Below, in pieces: positions 59,178 through 64,000 of a stretch of 64,000 bases of DNA. The notes beneath the pieces were generated by a model that was not told the DNA's origin, did not search any database, and was given only the letters and a program-made list of their open reading frames with translations. Origin of the DNA: Candidatus Kapaibacterium sp. (GTDB lineage Bacteria; Bacteroidota; Ignavibacteria; Kapaibacteriales; UBA2268); contig OY762428.1 in the NCBI GenBank assembly GCA_963665665.1, positions 4,672,001 through 4,736,000 on the forward strand, written 5' to 3'. The translations under genes were made by a program, and so were the position numbers. The number at the start of each line of letters is the position of its first letter. Position 1 is the first letter of the stretch.

Positions 59178-59984
59178 ATGAAAATCAAGTTTTTACCATT
59201 AATTCTGATCTTTGCTGCAATGGTTTCCTGCGGAAACAGCGGTGATAACCCCGATCAGTCGGCAGACCTGGCTAAACCGGAAAAAGACAACCAAAAGATT
59301 AGCTATGCGATTGCAACAATGATTGCAAACCAGATAAAAGCCGATTCAATTGATCTTGATTACGACTATTTCCTTCTTGGGTTGAAAAATGTAATTGAAG
59401 GTGATTCCCTGATGCTTAGCCAGGAAGAAATGCAGGAAGTAATGAACAAACATCAGCAGAAAGTAATGGAAAGCCAGAAAGCAAAAATGCTTGAAGACCA
59501 GAAAAAAATGCAGATGGCTGATTCTGTGAATAAAGAACGCGGCCCGAAATTCCTTGAAGAAAATAAAAAGAAACCAGGTGTGAAAGTTAGCGCCAGCGGA
59601 CTTCAGTTTGAAGCACTAAAAGAAGGAAGCGGCAAGACTCCTGCAAAAGATGAAATGATAAAAGTTAACATCAAGGGGATGTTTATTGACGGAACAGTAT
59701 TTGACGATTCAGAGCAAAGACAAAAGGGCGGAATTGAGATTCCTGTGTCTGCTCCCGGTTTATTCCTCGGCCTGATCGAAGGATTCCAGATGATGAAAGA
59801 AGGCGGAAAATACAGGCTTGTACTTCCTCCTGAAATTGGCAGTGGTAAAGAGGCAAGGCCACCTTTCCCGGCAAATGCTGTACTGATATTTGAAGTTGAA
59901 TTACTTGAAATTACAGGAAAAGCACCTGCCATGAACCAGCAGCCCGGTATGCAGCAGGCTCCACCGCCGCCTCCCGGAAACTAA
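59178..59984 (+). CDS. FkpA/Mip-type FKBP peptidyl-prolyl isomerase lipoprotein
   Basis: MVSC lipobox, SYAI dimerisation domain, FLEENKKKPGV..SASGLQF, DGTVFD, LIFEVELL. Confidence 0.88.
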   Translation: MKIKFLPLILIFAAMVSCGNSGDNPDQSADLAKPEKDNQKISYAIATMIANQIKADSIDLDYDYFLLGLKNVIEGDSLMLSQEEMQEVMNKHQQKVMESQKAKMLEDQKKMQMADSVNKERGPKFLEENKKKPGVKVSASGLQFEALKEGSGKTPAKDEMIKVNIKGMFIDGTVFDDSEQRQKGGIEIPVSAPGLFLGLIEGFQMMKEGGKYRLVLPPEIGSGKEARPPFPANAVLIFEVELLEITGKAPAMNQQPGMQQAPPPPPGN

Positions 59985-59992
59985 TAAATGTT

Positions 59993-60030
59993 AAAAAAAA
60001 GCAGTATCATTTCCGATACTGCTTTTTTTT
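59993..60030. terminator. Bidirectional terminator
   Basis: A8-GCAGTATC-loop-GATACTGC-T8. Confidence 0.85.
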
Positions 60031-60171
60031 GTCGTATACCAATTTCTTGATCAAAGTGTAACAGGATATAAAATCTCAATACCACTGAAGAAGTAAGTTG
60101 TAAATATCCCGTGAATTCCGAATGTCTGAATTTGCAAGGAGTTCATGTTCTCGGATAAAGCATTTTTGATA

Positions 60172-61116
60172 TTATTTGTTAGCTCTCGGGTGGAAAGTTC
60201 TGTGCACTTCTTTGATGAATTCACGATCCACGTGAGTGTATATTTGTGTTGTGGAAATGTCCGAATGTCCGAGCATTTCCTGAACTGCGCGCAGGTCTGC
60301 ACCGCCTTCCAGCAGGTGAGTTGCAAAGGAGTGCCTGAATGTATGCGGATGAACTGATTTTTCTATTCCGGCTTTGCGGGTGTATTTGTCGATAAATTTC
60401 CAAATAGCCATCCGAGAAAGCCCTTTGCCACGCTGATTTAGAAATAAAATATCAGCACTTGCATCCATACTTCTGATAAATCTGAGCCTGGGGCCTTTTT
60501 GGTATTTTTCAATCCATTTCAAAGCTGAACTGCCTATTGGAACTATCCTTTCCTTCGAACCTTTTCCGAATACCCTGATTATTTCAGCATCAAATATTAT
60601 ATCCCTTTGTTTTATATTCAGCAATTCACTTACACGTAAGCCGCAGGCATACATTGTTTCAAGTATTGCCTTGTCCCTTACTCCGGCATCTGTTTCTATA
60701 TCCGGTTGGGCCAATATTTTATCAATTTCATTAACAGATAGTGTATCAGGCAATTTACGCCTTACTTTCGGAAGGTCAATTGTTTCAGCAGGATTGGCAT
60801 TTGCTTTTCCTGTGGCCTGCAAATATTTATAAAAAGTTCTTACAGATGATAAATAGCGTCCGCGTGTACTTGCTTCAAGGCCGTTTTCAGAAAGAAGTAC
60901 AAAAAAATTCCGGATACTGTTCCTGTCGGTATCAACAAGAGAATTTTTTCCAATATAATCAACATATTCTGCAAAACGGGCAAGGTCGTGCCTGTAGGAA
61001 GATATAGTATTATCAGAAAGCCCCTTTTCAAGCCTGATATGATTTATAAATCCTTTTATTTCCCTTTTAAAAGCCTTCAAATTACCAGGATCAGTTTTTG
61101 CCCTGTGCTCCGCCAT
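60172..61116 (-). CDS. xerD: Tyrosine recombinase XerD
   Basis: EKGLSDNTISSY, YACGLRVSEL, GKGSKERIVP, HPHTFRHSFATHLLEGGADLRAVQEMLGHSDISTTQIYTH. Confidence 0.95.
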   Translation of the reverse strand: MAEHRAKTDPGNLKAFKREIKGFINHIRLEKGLSDNTISSYRHDLARFAEYVDYIGKNSLVDTDRNSIRNFFVLLSENGLEASTRGRYLSSVRTFYKYLQATGKANANPAETIDLPKVRRKLPDTLSVNEIDKILAQPDIETDAGVRDKAILETMYACGLRVSELLNIKQRDIIFDAEIIRVFGKGSKERIVPIGSSALKWIEKYQKGPRLRFIRSMDASADILFLNQRGKGLSRMAIWKFIDKYTRKAGIEKSVHPHTFRHSFATHLLEGGADLRAVQEMLGHSDISTTQIYTHVDREFIKEVHRTFHPRANK

Positions 61117-63331
61117 CGTTGTTTTCCTGTTTTGGAATTTCTTTATATTTTACTCGTTTATGAGCCATTCCTGCCATGTTTTTAATACAGGTTTCCTTAA
61201 TAATATTTAGTTCTTTAAGTGTAATATCGCAGTCGTCGAACTGACCGTCGAGAATTCTTTCTTCGATTATTCTTTCTATTGCCCTGGCAAATCCTTCCTT
61301 ATCATCAGCCATTAATCTGGACAGAGCTTCTGCCGTATCGCAAATCATAATAATAACAGCTTCCCTGGTTTTAGGTTTGGGCCCCGGGTATCTGAAGTCA
61401 TTTTCATCAACGGGCTGTCCCTGGCTTTCTTCAACTGCTTTGGCATAGAAATGTTTTATCAGGGTTGTTCCGTGATGCATAGGTATAAAGTCGAGCAGTC
61501 TTTGCGGCAGTTTGTATTGGCGTCCGAGCTTAGTACCTAATTCAACATGAGCTTTGATAGCTTCAGCACTTTTTTTCGGGGATATTTTATCATGCTTGTT
61601 CTGAATGTCCTCCTGGTTTTCGCTGAAGTATTCCGGCTTCATCATTTTACCAATATCATGGAAGTAGGCTCCTACTTTTGCAAGCAGGGGATTAGCACCG
61701 ATTGCAGAAGCACATCTTTCAGCCATAGTTGCCAGGGATAATGTATGCTGATATGTTCCCGGAGCTGTTTCACTCATTTTAATTATCAGCGGATGGTTCA
61801 GGTTGTCGTATTCTTTAATTCGCAGGTCGGTGGCAATATTCGAGGCCCTGTCCAGCAGGAAGAGCAATCCGAATGTAACAAGCGGAGAAAATACCGAGTT
61901 AAGAAGGCCAATAGACATACGATAAACAATTGTGATAGATTCGTCCGATCTTTCAAGCCCGAATGATACTATTGGTATTAATAAACCAATAAAAATGAAG
62001 AAAATTGACCGGTACATCTGGGTGCGGCTTTGAATATCCCTGACGGTGTATGCAGCGAGCATACCTGCTATCATCATCGCCGTGCTGGTTTCATAATCAT
62101 TGCCCCTTATTCCTGCAAGCATGAACGTCATTGCTACCGTGGTATAAAAGGCCGTTCTGGAATCGAACATAATAGCAACAAGCATTGATAATGCCGGCAG
62201 CAGAATAAAATATTCAATTGGGAAACGTGATATTACCTGTACTGAAAGCCACGACTGAAAAGCCACAAATATTAAGATACCTGATAATATACCAAGTTGT
62301 AAATTATCATAAAAATATCTTTTCCGCATAAAATAAAGGTATAATATCAGGATAGAATAAATCAACAGGGCATGCCCGAAGCTTCCGATAAATATCCAGG
62401 GTGAATACATCCGGTCGCTTTTCATAAAGGCGCTGCTACGATAAGACTGTAGCTTCTTTATTTGATCTTCGCTGACCCTGTCGCCCTTTTGAACAATTGT
62501 TTCTCCGTTTTTTACGATGCCTTCTGTTCTGGGAACGCTTTTTGTTGCAGCATCTTTTTCCTTGTCTGTTAGTTTTTGGTCATAAACCAGGTTGGGAACC
62601 AGAATTCTTGGGATTATTTCGTTTACAATGGGGATAAATTTTTCAGGTAGTTTAATTTTTAATTTTTTCTTGGCATCTTCCAGGAAAGTATTTGCATCAA
62701 GAATGTTAGATTTTTTAAAGACAGCCCTTTTGTTTGGCTGGGCAATGCTGATAATTTCATCGGTTTCTACAGCATCAATAGACACACTGATAAAGCCTTT
62801 CTTATAGGCGCGATTAAGATAACGTATTATTTCGCGTTCAATATTACTGATTTCGGCCTGTTTTTCTGCTTCTGTAAGTTCATAAAGTGGGGCAAGAAGT
62901 TTCTCTCCAAATATCTCCGTCTGCAGATCGTTTCCCTGAGGGCTTGCCGAAGGCAGGGCATCGGTAATTGATTCGAGCTTTATTTTTGCTTCAGCCAAAG
63001 CCTGATCATCGTAAATGAATACTTTTGGGCTTTTTTGCGCAGCTTCTCTGATTTCTAATTGATATTGCTCGTATGGTTTGTATACCGGGAAAGTGAATTC
63101 TGCCTTGATAGTTTGTTCGGGCCAGATATACCCCGGAACAAGACTATAGTCTTTAGCTTCATTTATCTTTTGTTCGAAATGTACGGTAAAGAAAAGTGCA
63201 CAAACAGCAATAGTCGTAAAAAACATAAGGATTTTGATTTTTATTGAGTATCTGGCACCGGTTTTATTGATTTCCGGGTCTGCTGCTTTTTCTTTTCTTA
63301 GTTGCTTGAATAAAGTATTTCTATTTGCCAT
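61091..63331 (-). CDS. 7TM-HD phosphohydrolase (PgpH-like, putative c-di-AMP phosphodiesterase)
   Basis: Large extracytoplasmic domain, 7 TMs, APGTYQH, YFHDIGK..KPEYFSENQ, HHGT, FRYPGPKP. Confidence 0.9.
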   Translation of the reverse strand: MANRNTLFKQLRKEKAADPEINKTGARYSIKIKILMFFTTIAVCALFFTVHFEQKINEAKDYSLVPGYIWPEQTIKAEFTFPVYKPYEQYQLEIREAAQKSPKVFIYDDQALAEAKIKLESITDALPSASPQGNDLQTEIFGEKLLAPLYELTEAEKQAEISNIEREIIRYLNRAYKKGFISVSIDAVETDEIISIAQPNKRAVFKKSNILDANTFLEDAKKKLKIKLPEKFIPIVNEIIPRILVPNLVYDQKLTDKEKDAATKSVPRTEGIVKNGETIVQKGDRVSEDQIKKLQSYRSSAFMKSDRMYSPWIFIGSFGHALLIYSILILYLYFMRKRYFYDNLQLGILSGILIFVAFQSWLSVQVISRFPIEYFILLPALSMLVAIMFDSRTAFYTTVAMTFMLAGIRGNDYETSTAMMIAGMLAAYTVRDIQSRTQMYRSIFFIFIGLLIPIVSFGLERSDESITIVYRMSIGLLNSVFSPLVTFGLLFLLDRASNIATDLRIKEYDNLNHPLIIKMSETAPGTYQHTLSLATMAERCASAIGANPLLAKVGAYFHDIGKMMKPEYFSENQEDIQNKHDKISPKKSAEAIKAHVELGTKLGRQYKLPQRLLDFIPMHHGTTLIKHFYAKAVEESQGQPVDENDFRYPGPKPKTREAVIIMICDTAEALSRLMADDKEGFARAIERIIEERILDGQFDDCDITLKELNIIKETCIKNMAGMAHKRVKYKEIPKQENNDGGAQGKN

Positions 63332-63826
63332 GATTTATATTTTAAATTACTGAATATCTATAATATTAAAATAAAAAGAATCAGGCTATAAAAGAAGAAA
63401 TAAATGTAAATAAATGAACACAGGTAATGAATCAGTTCTGGCAAAGAAAAATGCTAATCCGCGACGCCTTGCTGCGGAATCCGTTTATGATTTTATCGGG
63501 TCAATTTTAAAAGTTGGGGATTAAATGCTGAATTGGAAGAAAAATACTCCCCAAAGGCCTGCTACTATATTGCGCCTCAGGCATTTCATCATTCATCCTG
63601 TGGAAATTCTGTTCTGATAAATTATCAACAAGGCCGGGCATAGCAAACTTCATTATTTTTTAAATAAATATTAACCCGGCCAAAGCGATTACCGGCCCTG
63701 CCAGATCAAAACGGCAATTGAATATAGGGATCGAACGGACAAATAGAACGAAATTCAATATCAAAAAAGTGAAATTCTGTGTTTTCTGAGTAAAAATTTA
63801 CCTGAAAAAATGTTTTTGGAAGCACG

Positions 63827-63994
63827 AACCAACGCTAAGATGACACAAACCAAGCCTAAGACGGCACAAACCAACGATAAGATGACACGAACCAACGCTA
63901 AGATGACACAAACCAAGGCTAAGACGGCATGAACCAAGGCTAAGACGACATGAACCAACGCTAAGACGGCACGAACCAAGGCTAAGATGACATA
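63827..63994. repeat. Degenerate 21-bp tandem repeat, 8 units (may continue beyond window)
   Basis: Units such as AACCAACGCTAAGATGACACA and AACCAAGGCTAAGACGGCATG, head to tail. Confidence 0.92.
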
Positions 63995-64000
63995 TCCCAA

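Noticed and set aside
21-63247. Numerous 60-180 aa ORFs antisense to or nested in the called genes
   Set aside because: Shadow frames of well-supported genes with no independent motifs
63827-63994. CRISPR array
   Set aside because: Units are contiguous 21-mers with no unique spacers, and there are no cas genes in the window

Overview
AT-rich bacterial chromosome segment from the FCB group, most plausibly Ignavibacteriota/Kapabacteria-like (inferred from many T9SS C-terminal-domain proteins, a PorV-family gene and a bat operon). Left to right it holds ftsA(partial)-ftsQ; an SDR; a cluster of T9SS cargo genes interrupted by an IS1634-type element; and an ~18 kb respiratory supercluster (alternative complex III actA-B-C-D/E-F, a membrane cytochrome c, SCO, an A2-type heme-copper oxidase in I-III-IV-II order with ctaB but no ctaA, a CydA-like membrane protein fused to cytochrome c, and cydAB). 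These are followed by an orphan NarL-type regulator, rlmD, a tyrosine recombinase lacking most catalytic residues, a pseudokinase/membrane protein/CTD protein/PorV/tsaE gene string, a YhcG nuclease beside RHS relics and two paralogous putative immunity genes, moxR-DUF58-batA, ruvB, a porin, cytosine deaminase, FKBP, xerD, a PgpH-like 7TM-HD protein, and a 21-bp tandem repeat at the right edge. No rRNA, tRNA or CRISPR array was seen. The best novelty candidates are the CydA-fold/cytochrome c fusion between two terminal oxidases, the catalytically degenerate recombinase, the pseudokinase-PorV gene string and the orphan RHS toxin-tip/immunity cassettes. All calls come from motif reading by eye; no database search was run.
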